Below are positions 8,302-20,218 of a stretch of DNA of 32,000 bases, one piece after another. The translations under genes and the position numbers were made by a program. The notes under the pieces are model-generated. The model did no database searches. It saw nothing but the letters and a program-made list of their open reading frames with translations, and was not told the origin of the DNA. This stretch comes from an uncultured archaeon (lineage in GTDB: Archaea > Asgardarchaeota > Thorarchaeia > Thorarchaeales > Thorarchaeaceae): NCBI GenBank assembly GCA_964354495.1, contig CAYHAA010000017.1, positions 1-32,000 on the forward strand, in the 5' to 3' direction. Positions within the stretch are counted from its first letter, which is position 1, and every line of letters starts with the position of its first letter.

Positions 8302-9303
8302 GTGACGTTCAAACCATACAAACTCAGTAAGGATGCTATATCGGCAGTGAAGCAGATAATAGGTTATAGAAGTACTCCGATGGAAGACAGACCACAAGTA
8401 GAAGATATGTTTCATACATCATTTGGAAAAACACTTGGTAGTCAAGTTGGTGAAATTCTAGATTTTGCAAAGAGAGGACAAATTCTCCTAATAATACTTC
8501 CACTCACTAAAATCATAGAGAAATTACAGAAATTCATTCAAGATGGAAGTTATCTTAAGGCTGTGGAAAGCGCTCTATCACCCAAAGACATTGATAAGAT
8601 GAAGGCCTTTGAGGTTGTCATGCAGGATGTCGATGTTGGGGACACTGTAGACACTGTGGAAGAATTGATAATCCAAGACGATGAGCTCTGGTACCTGTCA
8701 TTGATAACATTTACAGTGTATGCGTATGTGGATGTTTACTCGAAGAGTCTAATCAAAAGTCTGACATCAAATCCACTACTGATGCAGAAATTAGAAACAT
8801 ATCTTGAAAGAGAAGCGCTTCATAATAAAGACGATATAGAGAGAAAATATGTCACATCAGTTACAGATCTCTCGCAGTATGGAGTTAGTCGGAGGCTTCG
8901 GACCATAGAAATAGGTCTGTCAATAGACCGGATTTTATCTGAGGTTACAAATCAAGATATTCTTAGCATAATTAGAAGTAGCTTTATCAAAATCATAAAA
9001 ACAAGACATGAAATTGCACATAGAGATCCAAAGTTGAAAAGAGATGACTACACATATGAGATGTTTGAGGATATTTCAAACGCTGTCGAGGAATTGGATT
9101 TCACTTTTAATGAGATAGAAGAAATGTTTGGTTTTTTGAAACCAATATTCGGCACAATCGAGGATCTAGGAAAGCAGACAATGGATAGAATTAAGAGAAC
9201 TATGAATATTGCCTACATGACAGTGCTGTATCCAGCATTAATTGATGTAGTAGTTCATGATTTGGTAACTTGCACAACTAGGGATTCACATCACACAATG
9301 TGA
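8302..9303 (+). CDS. HEPN-domain protein (putative RNase/toxin)
   Basis: Helical protein with an intact Rx4H motif (KTRHEIAHRDP). Confidence 0.75.
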   Translation: MTFKPYKLSKDAISAVKQIIGYRSTPMEDRPQVEDMFHTSFGKTLGSQVGEILDFAKRGQILLIILPLTKIIEKLQKFIQDGSYLKAVESALSPKDIDKMKAFEVVMQDVDVGDTVDTVEELIIQDDELWYLSLITFTVYAYVDVYSKSLIKSLTSNPLLMQKLETYLEREALHNKDDIERKYVTSVTDLSQYGVSRRLRTIEIGLSIDRILSEVTNQDILSIIRSSFIKIIKTRHEIAHRDPKLKRDDYTYEMFEDISNAVEELDFTFNEIEEMFGFLKPIFGTIEDLGKQTMDRIKRTMNIAYMTVLYPALIDVVVHDLVTCTTRDSHHTM

Positions 9304-9628
9304 TAAATGCAGAGTAGACCTATGACCTATTAGAGAGATGCGAAAAATCGAGATAGAGTATGCAACAGGAGATAGGACAACAGACTACTACTATTCCTGT
9401 GTTTCAGAAGATGGGGCTATTGTTTTCAAGCCAGAACCTATCACTATCAAAAGCCTAATCAATTTAACTTCAAAGTGCTAATTGCCATCATCCATCTCGT
9501 TCGTTGTGAATGTTCCACATTGTAAAGCATCCAAGGATTCCTAACCCAATATCATGGTCAGTAACCATAGAGCCATAGTGGGACGTCCCAAGGTTGTGTG
9601 TGCAAACTTCCAATTGTTCTATTGAACC

Positions 9629-10822
9629 TCACCATCTCCAATTGTCTACATGATAATCCCACAATCCAACACACATTTTCAATGATTCGCGAATTCGAAG
9701 CTTATCATCTTCTGATTTACAGCTTAAGAAGACTTTGTATAGATGAGGAACCGTTACAAGACAAATCTTCAATTGTTCTGCCATCTTCACAACCGAATCT
9801 TCGTAAGCTTTTGATAAATCACGGTCATTCGGATGAATATGGTACCAGGGATTGAGAATGAATATTCCCCTAATCTTCTCTCGATCGTCAATTAAATACT
9901 CTAACACTTGACGAAATTTCGTCTTCCCCAGACTGCCTTTTTTTCCAGTACACTCAATTCTTGCTTTATAGTCACCATCATTAATCTCGATATCTTCTAA
10001 CCACTTAGTTTCCTTATATTCTGCATGAAATCCTAGAGATTGAAGGATAGTAGTAACCTTGTGTGAGAGAGAATGACCATGATCAGCAAGAATACTCTTC
10101 TCTTTTTCGATTTCATCTAGCTTATTCCTTATGTCGTGCAGTTGACATCTGAGCTTCTCTTCATCACGAATGAAAATAGAATCAAGCCAGGATGGTCTTT
10201 CGTGGGATGGATTCCAAAAAGGTGGTAGGATATTTTCAATAATCTGCTTCAAGTAAAAAGACAACATCTTCCTTGATGATGGATTTGATTCATTTAGCAT
10301 AATTTGTCTTGTGGGCGGAATAATCAATAATCGACCTTTCCTATGTTGATAGACCAGTGAAATACAAGTTCCACCTACTCCCTGCATTAGAATATGGGCA
10401 GTTGAAGGAAGTGGGTTAAATTCAACAGAAGATACGAGATTGTTTTGCAGTCCAAATAAAAATGATTTGATCCAATGTGGTTGTTCCTTATGAAACCGCA
10501 CTTCTGATTCATTAAGATAACGTATCGATTTCCCTAGACTTTTAACCCATGGTAAGAAGTGATAGTTTGAAATCTTCTCAGAAACCATCTTTGGTGGTGC
10601 GCTAACGACAACTAGAATTCCTCCATTGTCTTCAATGAAATCTATTATGTTGATAATTCGAACAATCGTTTCTTCATCATAGACCTCGTTCAGGTTGAGA
10701 ATGACTACATCATCAGATTCCATTTCCAGTGATTTCTCAGGAAATTTTGAATGCCAACTATATCTAATTCCCAACCCGTTTTGAGGGCTTTCTCCGAAAC
10801 CAATGATTAGAAGATTCGGCAT
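9629..10822 (-). CDS. GATase/ThuA-like N-terminal domain fused to a restriction-endonuclease-like C-terminal domain
   Basis: IIDFIEDNGGILVVVS motif, coiled-coil linker, and LQSLGF..EDIEI..ARIECTGK..FRQVLEY resembling Mrr-like PD-(D/E)xK domains. Confidence 0.6.
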   Translation of the reverse strand: MPNLLIIGFGESPQNGLGIRYSWHSKFPEKSLEMESDDVVILNLNEVYDEETIVRIINIIDFIEDNGGILVVVSAPPKMVSEKISNYHFLPWVKSLGKSIRYLNESEVRFHKEQPHWIKSFLFGLQNNLVSSVEFNPLPSTAHILMQGVGGTCISLVYQHRKGRLLIIPPTRQIMLNESNPSSRKMLSFYLKQIIENILPPFWNPSHERPSWLDSIFIRDEEKLRCQLHDIRNKLDEIEKEKSILADHGHSLSHKVTTILQSLGFHAEYKETKWLEDIEINDGDYKARIECTGKKGSLGKTKFRQVLEYLIDDREKIRGIFILNPWYHIHPNDRDLSKAYEDSVVKMAEQLKICLVTVPHLYKVFLSCKSEDDKLRIRESLKMCVGLWDYHVDNWRW

Positions 10823-11055
10823 TATATCAACTCCTTACACACAGATGTCAATTCTTCTATAAGAGGAATATCTCTCTTATCATTAGCTGTTGGTCTGGCA
10901 CTTGAACAAAAGTGCTAATGTTCATGTGTTTAGAGATATTGTCCAGCTTAGAATTAACAATGCAAGACTAGATACACATCTGTATGCCTTGTAACACCTG
11001 AAGTACATAGCTTCGTTCTCTGCAAGTGTTTCATTGGTCATTGTGATTTCCTCCA

Positions 11056-12213
11056 TCAATCATAGTAGTCATCTACGAATGTGTTGTAACCATACTCCCC
11101 AAGATAGGGAGAGTGTCCATCTCGTTCAAGTTCTTCGAACTCTTCCTCAATCTCGTCCACCTTGCCAAGAGCGTATTCATGCTCTGGATCATGGACAAGT
11201 GCTTCTAGATACATGTCCAGTGCATACTTCTTAAGCCCAGCATCATAGAATAGCTGTTCCTGTTCACAGATGATATTGGGGTCTTTCGGGTCCAAGGCAA
11301 AGGCTCGATTGACGGCATCCTCATAGAGGTCATAATTAGTGTGTACCTGTGAGAGTTCGTACCAAGCCTGAGCATCCTTGGGCATGAGTCGAGTTGCCAT
11401 CTCAATGCACATGATGGTCTCCCATCGTCGGTCGTATCTCTCAAAGACATCTGCAAGGACGACCCATGCTCCAAGGTCATTTCTCCCAATATCGAGAGCG
11501 TCACGGATCCTACGTCTCTCTGTCTTACGCTTACTCTTGGGACCTTCTATTGATGATTGAAGGAGAGATAAGGCATCCTTTGTTCTATCAAGTCGGAAGA
11601 GGATGAGGCCTAGAGAGAATTGTATAGTCAGCTCTTCAGGTGCAAGTGTGCGTGCCTCCTGCAGGAGACCCAATCCCTCTCTCTCTTTGCCCAGTTCTAC
11701 GAGGGCTAAACCAAGGAATTGGAGGGCACGTGGTGTTATTTTAATCTCTAGAGACTTGTCAAGAGCTTCCTTACACTCCTTCCATTTCCTTTGAAAATAG
11801 TACGCTACTCCTACCTCGGTCCAGTGATCAAAAATCTCAGGTTGAATCTTACATGCTTTTCCGAAGGCTTGACTAGCATTATAGTATGCATGTTCTATCA
11901 TCTCGATTATTCCTAGATGGAACCAGGCGGCACTGTTCTTTGGATTGAGTTAGGTTGCATTCTTGAGAACTACATCGATGTTGTGCCATCTCTCAATCTC
12001 CATACATCTTCTTGCATAATGCAGGTAGGCTATGGATGTCTTTTGCTTCTTTCTTGATCTTGCTTCTAGTTCCTTGGCTTCACCGAATAGTTCCTCCGGA
12101 CTCGATAGATAGATACGCTCAACCTCTTCTTCATCAAGTTCCAGACCAGTATAGGAGTTTACATCCCATGATACCCACATCAGCTCGTTTCTCCACAGAA
12201 TAAAGGTACACAA
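11056..12213 (-). pseudogene. TPR-repeat protein interrupted by an in-frame TAA (11950-11952)
   Basis: ORFs 11950-12213 and 11056-11901 are in frame. The 16 intervening codons (LNPKNSAAWFHLGIIE) continue a TPR motif. Confidence 0.75.
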
Positions 12214-12641
12214 GAATAGTTAGATGTTGTTTCAAAGCCACATTGCTTACAATATGATTCTAATAGATGTGAAACGGTTTTAGACTTCGTTAATACACTA
12301 AATCGAAATTATGAAGAACACTTTATGAATTTGCGACAATTATAGGTTTTATTGAGAGTTCTTAGAGTCCTAATTTGCAAAACTCCAGTTTTTCAATCTA
12401 ATCAACCATTCAAACCTTGAGTTCGAATCCTTTCACTGTGATCTCGTAGGGAATCACATCCTTCGAGTGTATAGCTACTCGCCATTTGATAGTGAATACT
12501 TGAGATGCCCCTTCTGTATAGTAAAGCAAATTCTCCCATCCTGTGATTGGATTGTGACTACTGGATATTAGGATTAGGAATCACAACCCTAACCTCTCTT
12601 CTTATATTAGAAAAACAGACAACAGGGGATGGAAGTACTTT

Positions 12642-12666
12642 AACAAAACCCCTAGACAACTCTAGG
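12642..12666 (-). terminator. Hairpin plus T-tract downstream of 23S
   Basis: cctaga(12651-12656)/tctagg(12661-12666) followed on the minus strand by GGTTTTGTT. Confidence 0.5.
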
Positions 12667-12687
12667 TACTGTATGAACACACTTTCA

Positions 12688-15794
<3,107 letters not shown>

Positions 15795-15795
<1 letters not shown>

Positions 15796-15822
15796 CGGAC
15801 TTAGTCATGTGTTGACACAGTA
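15795..15822 (-). other. 5' strand of the 23S processing stem (BHB-like), pairing with trailer 12667-12693
   Basis: Leader TACTGTG-TC-AACAC-ATG-ACTAA-GTCCGC pairs with trailer GCAGAC-TGA-AAGT-GTGTT-CA-TACAGTA, with 3-nt bulges on opposite strands. The central helix is imperfect. Confidence 0.6.
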
Positions 15823-16150
15823 TTACCTGTTGTCCACAAAATGTGAACATGATTGATTATTGACCAATCATGCCAAGGAGTTTTGTAATAACTTCGTACT
15901 TACCTTACGTTAGGTATATCCTACGTATTCGGTCAGTGTACTTCCATCCTCTGCAATCATTGCATTAGCTTTAACGGTGCACGGCACCAAAGCTAGTGCA
16001 TTGACGGTCCTCCATCGGGAATGGCACCTAATTCACAGCCGGGTCCCGATGTGCCTTCATTCAGTGATTCAAACCAGCTGAACTCCGGACCTAACTTTAG
16101 CTCTACACTGATATTTCAGTGAGCGCTCCGGCAGCCTCTTTGGCTGACGA

Positions 16151-16156
16151 TTTAAA
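16151..16156 (-). promoter_or_regulatory. Candidate TATA box for the rRNA transcript (second candidate TTTATA at 16283-16288)
   Basis: TTTAAA upstream of the structured 23S leader; motif match only. Confidence 0.3.
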
Positions 16157-16349
16157 GCTTGCTATGCGTCGAGGGCAGTCCTGTTGCCAGTCCACCAGAA
16201 TCAGTTTCCGGCAACCCTTTCATAGCCGCCGGACAATACCATCTTTGCTCGACAGTAGCAATATAGGAAGGCGAAATTTCCGTATAAAGCTTACGCCATC
16301 TGCACAAGCGAGGTCTGCCATTCATGTGACTTTGAGAGCAGTTACAGAG

Positions 16350-17057
16350 TCACGGAGTTGACAGGATCTTGGTCTGCAGGTCGATCAGTTGAGATATGCC
16401 TCTTGATGCCAGACTTAGCATCTCATCCAGCGCGTCTCGCTTGAAGGTTGTACCCTCCCCGGTCCCTTGAACTTCAACGAACTCGTCGCCGCGCATTACA
16501 ATGTTCATGTCTACATCGGCCTGTGAGTCTTCTGCATAACAGAGATCGAGTAAGGTTTCGTTCTTCACTAGTCCTACACTGACAGCTGCGACATTTCCTA
16601 GAATCGGTGGTTTTGTGATCAGACCTAAGTTCACCATGTGGTCTAGCGCATCACAGAGGGCAACAAATGCACCAGTGATTGATGCAGTTCTCGTGCCGCC
16701 ATCTGCTTGGATGACATCGCAGTCAATCTTTATTGTGTTCTCGCCAAGACCCTTCAGGTCAACTGCTGCCCGCAAAGACCGTCCTATGAGCCTCTGTATT
16801 TCCTGTGTTCTTCCGCTCACCTTGTACCGGTTCATTCGCTCAGTCGTAGAACGCGGAAGCATTCCATACTCCGCAGTGACCCAACCTTGGTCACAACCGT
16901 TCAGCCAGCCGGGCACGCCCAATTCCAAGGTAGCTGTACAGATTACCTTCGTTTCTCCTGTCGTAATTAAAACAGAGCCCTCGGGGTGTTTCAAATATCC
17001 TCGCTTGATTTCAAGGGGTCGAAGTGCATCATTTGCTCTTCCATCAGCTCGGGGCAT
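16350..17057 (-). CDS. rph: Ribonuclease PH, bacterial type
   Basis: [83 protein letters not shown]. Confidence 0.95.
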   Translation of the reverse strand: MPRADGRANDALRPLEIKRGYLKHPEGSVLITTGETKVICTATLELGVPGWLNGCDQGWVTAEYGMLPRSTTERMNRYKVSGRTQEIQRLIGRSLRAAVDLKGLGENTIKIDCDVIQADGGTRTASITGAFVALCDALDHMVNLGLITKPPILGNVAAVSVGLVKNETLLDLCYAEDSQADVDMNIVMRGDEFVEVQGTGEGTTFKRDALDEMLSLASRGISQLIDLQTKILSTP

Positions 17058-17193
17058 TGCGGAACCTCTCGGTGTGAGTTGAATTTCGACTATTAATTAC
17101 TGTCGGGCAACATATCAGATACTTTTATTGAGTGAATCCCCTTTAGGAACGCTAGGCAACTGAATTGCCGAGAACTGGAAGGGCTATACAAAC

Positions 17194-18225
17194 ATGATAG
17201 ATGTTCACAAACGCTTCAAGACAGCACTCGAAGATACAGTGAAGGAATGGAAGAACCAAAAGACTGTACGAGGTGTCTTCGTATACGGTTCCTTTGCCAA
17301 GGGAACTGCAACTGCAGAATCGGACTTGGACATCTGTATCATATGGAACGCCGAGGAGGCACCAGTGCGGCTTTTGTCCACGCACAAAGAGGTTCTTATT
17401 GATACTGTATTCATGACAATCCGAGATGTCGAAGGGGTTCTTGATGGTACAATCAGTGATGTCTTCAAGATATCAGAGGTCGTAAATAGGCTTCGGACCT
17501 CACAAGTCCAGTATGACCCCGATGGAATGGTCAGGAAGTGGCAGAAGCGAGCCATGGAATACACATGGCCGAGTAGCACCATCGACGGGATGAGGAAGAC
17601 AGCCCTTGAGGAACTCTCTCGAGCAAAAAGGTATGCCGATGAGAGTGACTATGTCAGTGCAATCTATGAGATGCGCGAAGGACTCTTCCAGCTCGGACGT
17701 GCAATTGTGATGTCTAATAACATCTTCTCAGTGCTTAGACCTGCTGAGGTGCTGACTGAAGTACGAATGCTTGATCCGATGATCTATCAGCTCTTCCTGC
17801 GAACTTACAAACTCAGAGGATTAGACGAGCCCAGACTCCTAGTAATTCTTGAAGAGCTGAGAAAATGGCTAGAAAGAGTAGAGAAGCCTCTTGAAGAACT
17901 CGAAGACAGTGGAGTCATTGCTCGAGGTACGAGACTCCTTGCACAGGCTCAGCGGCAGTATCATGGATCACTCAGTCTGACCTACGGAGGAGATTATGAA
18001 CTTGCTGCACTTGAGATGCGAGAGGCAATCTGTGCGCTTGGAAAAGTGATGGTCATCATAAAAGGAAGAGAGAGTTCCGAGGAAACGGGGTTCATGGCAA
18101 TCCTTAGAGATTCGGAACCGGAGTTCTTCAATCAGATTCTCGTTGAACATGGAGCATACGACATACAGCCTGCGGAGATTGGCCGTATCATCAATGAGGT
18201 TCAGTTTCTTTCTCATCGCCATTAA
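17194..18225 (+). CDS. Nucleotidyltransferase (MNT/pol-beta family) fused to two HEPN-like helical repeats
   Basis: YGSFAKG..SDLDICII catalytic motif; repeated DY..A..EMRE....LG helices. Confidence 0.8.
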   Translation: MIDVHKRFKTALEDTVKEWKNQKTVRGVFVYGSFAKGTATAESDLDICIIWNAEEAPVRLLSTHKEVLIDTVFMTIRDVEGVLDGTISDVFKISEVVNRLRTSQVQYDPDGMVRKWQKRAMEYTWPSSTIDGMRKTALEELSRAKRYADESDYVSAIYEMREGLFQLGRAIVMSNNIFSVLRPAEVLTEVRMLDPMIYQLFLRTYKLRGLDEPRLLVILEELRKWLERVEKPLEELEDSGVIARGTRLLAQAQRQYHGSLSLTYGGDYELAALEMREAICALGKVMVIIKGRESSEETGFMAILRDSEPEFFNQILVEHGAYDIQPAEIGRIINEVQFLSHRH

Positions 18226-18278
18226 TCATGATGGTCAATGGTTAATTTGATTAGAGTCAAAATGGTAGTTGGCCGCTA

Positions 18279-18887
18279 GTGGTCTTCATGAATGTGAAAA
18301 GAGCCGAAATTCTAAGACTTCTTAGTGTTACACTCACAAGAGAAAAACAACTGCTTCTTCAAGAGGAATTCAAGAGGTATGCAACAGCGACGAACTGGGT
18401 CATTAAGAACATTCTGAAGAACCATCTTAGAGGACAGACAAGAATACGAAGCATGATTGACGAGGAGTTCTTGAGAGAATTCGACGAGAGACCAGTATAT
18501 CTGGACAATGTTGTGACTTCTGCACGAGCAGAGGTGGCGCGACATACCAAGCTTGCAATGGCTGTTGTCAGTATGAGGGATAAGATACCGTTCTTCAAAT
18601 CTGGAAGACTGATTCTCTCCCAGCCCATCATGACAGTGGGGGACAAGGCTGTAACGCTCAGACTACCTGATAGAACTGAGCTTCCCATACCCTACGATAA
18701 GCGAAGCAGAAACAGACTCTCGTCCAAGATTGATATGATTCTTAGGGGAGAGCCAAGAAGACTTGACACATCTAGCATTATGCCTCTCAACAAGAGATAC
18801 GAACGCATTCGGCTTACCTGGCACAACGAGGGCTTTGTGGATATCGATATCAAAACCACCCTTCCTGAGAACGACGCAAGAGCATAG
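18279..18887 (+). CDS. TnpB/Cas12f-like N-terminal (WED/REC) lobe only, no RuvC (202 aa)
   Basis: Pattern LLSVTL..LQEEFKRYATATNWVI..PFFKSGRLIL..VTLRL..LPIP..IRLTW..VDIDI matches my recollection of archaeal TnpB N-lobes. It stops before a GVDLG motif. Confidence 0.6.
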   Translation: MVFMNVKRAEILRLLSVTLTREKQLLLQEEFKRYATATNWVIKNILKNHLRGQTRIRSMIDEEFLREFDERPVYLDNVVTSARAEVARHTKLAMAVVSMRDKIPFFKSGRLILSQPIMTVGDKAVTLRLPDRTELPIPYDKRSRNRLSSKIDMILRGEPRRLDTSSIMPLNKRYERIRLTWHNEGFVDIDIKTTLPENDARA

Positions 18888-18895
18888 CGTCAAGA

Positions 18896-19777
18896 TCAGA
18901 TACTCCATGACGTGACAGTGCCAGCGAAATCCGTGGAGAATACGACTTCATCGTTTGGAGCCCACTCGACCGCTGTAATTCCGGATAGTAGCGTTCCGTT
19001 TGATATCTCCTTGAGACTGTTGAGAGACCAAATACGTAGTGTACGGTCCCAACTACCTGAAGCTAGTCGCTCACCTGTAGAATCAATAGAGAGCGCACCA
19101 ACGATGTCCGAATGACCAACCAACTCCACAGTCTTCTTTGGATTCTCGAGATCTACTGACAGTATTCTCCCACTTCGTAGGCCCAAGACAAGCTTTGAAC
19201 TATCAACATTCGTGGTGATTGCACGAATACTTTCTCGAACCTTATTCAGTTCTAGTTCAACTTCGTAAGAACTGAGATCCCATATCTTGCATTCGCCGTC
19301 CAGAGAAGAGGTAACAAGCTTGGACCCTTCGTTGATGAATGCCAGACCAGTGATGTCGGTGCCATGGGCTTGAAGATTTCTCATTGATTTCAGAGTGTTT
19401 AGTGAGAACACCTTGACCTCACCGTCACGGGACCCAGCTGCTCCTTTTCCTTGGCCCAGAGCAACTGCAAGCGCTTTGACCTCGGAGTTGTGTTTCAATA
19501 TAGTGGAGTCTTCACCACTCTTGGTGTCCCACAGGCGGGTGGTATTGTCCCAGCTGCAAGACAGTATCCTGTTCTTGTCACCGACAAAGGCTGTTGCAGT
19601 TATAGGTCCTTCATGGCCTGTAATTGTGCTCTTGCTTTTTCCAGTCCTGATGTCAACGACAAATAGAAGCGAGTCAGTAGTTCCACACACAAGATATCGA
19701 CCCTTAGAATCAACGGACAGGCAGGTGAGTGGAGATAGCTGACCATTGTCTTGCTGGAATAGCACTGTCTTTTCCAA
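18896..19777 (-). CDS. WD40-repeat beta-propeller protein
   Basis: GH..I....F....RILSCSWDNTTRLWD, LVTSSLDGECKIWD, LASGSWDRTLRIWS repeats. Confidence 0.93.
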   Translation of the reverse strand: MEKTVLFQQDNGQLSPLTCLSVDSKGRYLVCGTTDSLLFVVDIRTGKSKSTITGHEGPITATAFVGDKNRILSCSWDNTTRLWDTKSGEDSTILKHNSEVKALAVALGQGKGAAGSRDGEVKVFSLNTLKSMRNLQAHGTDITGLAFINEGSKLVTSSLDGECKIWDLSSYEVELELNKVRESIRAITTNVDSSKLVLGLRSGRILSVDLENPKKTVELVGHSDIVGALSIDSTGERLASGSWDRTLRIWSLNSLKEISNGTLLSGITAVEWAPNDEVVFSTDFAGTVTSWSI

Positions 19778-19876
19778 TCTGAATCACCAGAAGAGAGCCA
19801 TTTCATGAGATATGGGCAGCGGATGTTTAAAAGCTTGTAACATGACCGTTCATTGTAAGTTGTACAAACTTGGACA

Positions 19877-20197
19877 TCAAGATGTACGCCCAGAAACGGC
19901 ACTGGGCTCGGGTTGTTGAACATACATGATGTTCCGTGCAGCATTCACATCAGCATGAAAGTGTTCTCCACACTTGGGACAATAGAAAAACTTTCCTCCT
20001 CTTTGTTCAATTGTGGTGTTCTTATCTTCTACTCAAATCCCTCTCTCACCACACACATGACAAGTCTGCGAGGTCCACATGGGATTCACCAACCAGATGC
20101 CTCCCTGCTTGTGACCAAGAGCCTCACGTCTATAACGCACGCCCTCGATCATCATCCCCCACAGGTCAGCTGATAAATGTCCAACTTTGTCATAGAT
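19877..20197 (-). pseudogene. C-terminal TnpB remnant (zinc finger + RuvC-III) with internal TGA at 20033-20035; absent from the ORF track
   Basis: Manual translation: ..GIWLVNPMWTSQTCHVCGERGI*VEDKNTTIEQRGGKFFYCPKCGEHFHADVNAARNIMY.. Confidence 0.85.
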
Positions 20198-20218
20198 TTA
20201 TGTAGCTGTTAACCCACC

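Noticed and set aside
9338-9481. 47-aa ORF MRKIEIEY.. after the HEPN gene as a possible antitoxin
   Set aside because: Too short and motif-free to support; worth revisiting only with homologs.
12417-12581. About 55-codon open minus-strand frame (..NPITGWENLLYYTEG..YEITVKGFELKV*)
   Set aside because: No start codon and no recognisable family; possibly a gene relic but unsupported.
16119-16349. tRNA, SRP or RNase P RNA between rph and 23S
   Set aside because: No cloverleaf/TTCGA arm or recognisable SRP/RNase P conserved motifs.
16615-17082. 155-aa plus-strand ORF and other antisense ORFs (e.g. 5910-6329, 17205-17582, 22830-23261, 24105-24665, 30470-30865)
   Set aside because: Shadow frames opposite well-supported genes, with no motifs.
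20033-20035. Selenocysteine or alternative-code readthrough of the in-frame TGA here and the TAA at 11950
   Set aside because: The two stops differ, neither sits at a Cys/catalytic position, the gene is truncated anyway, and other genes end normally in TAA/TAG/TGA. CGA-to-TGA decay is simpler.
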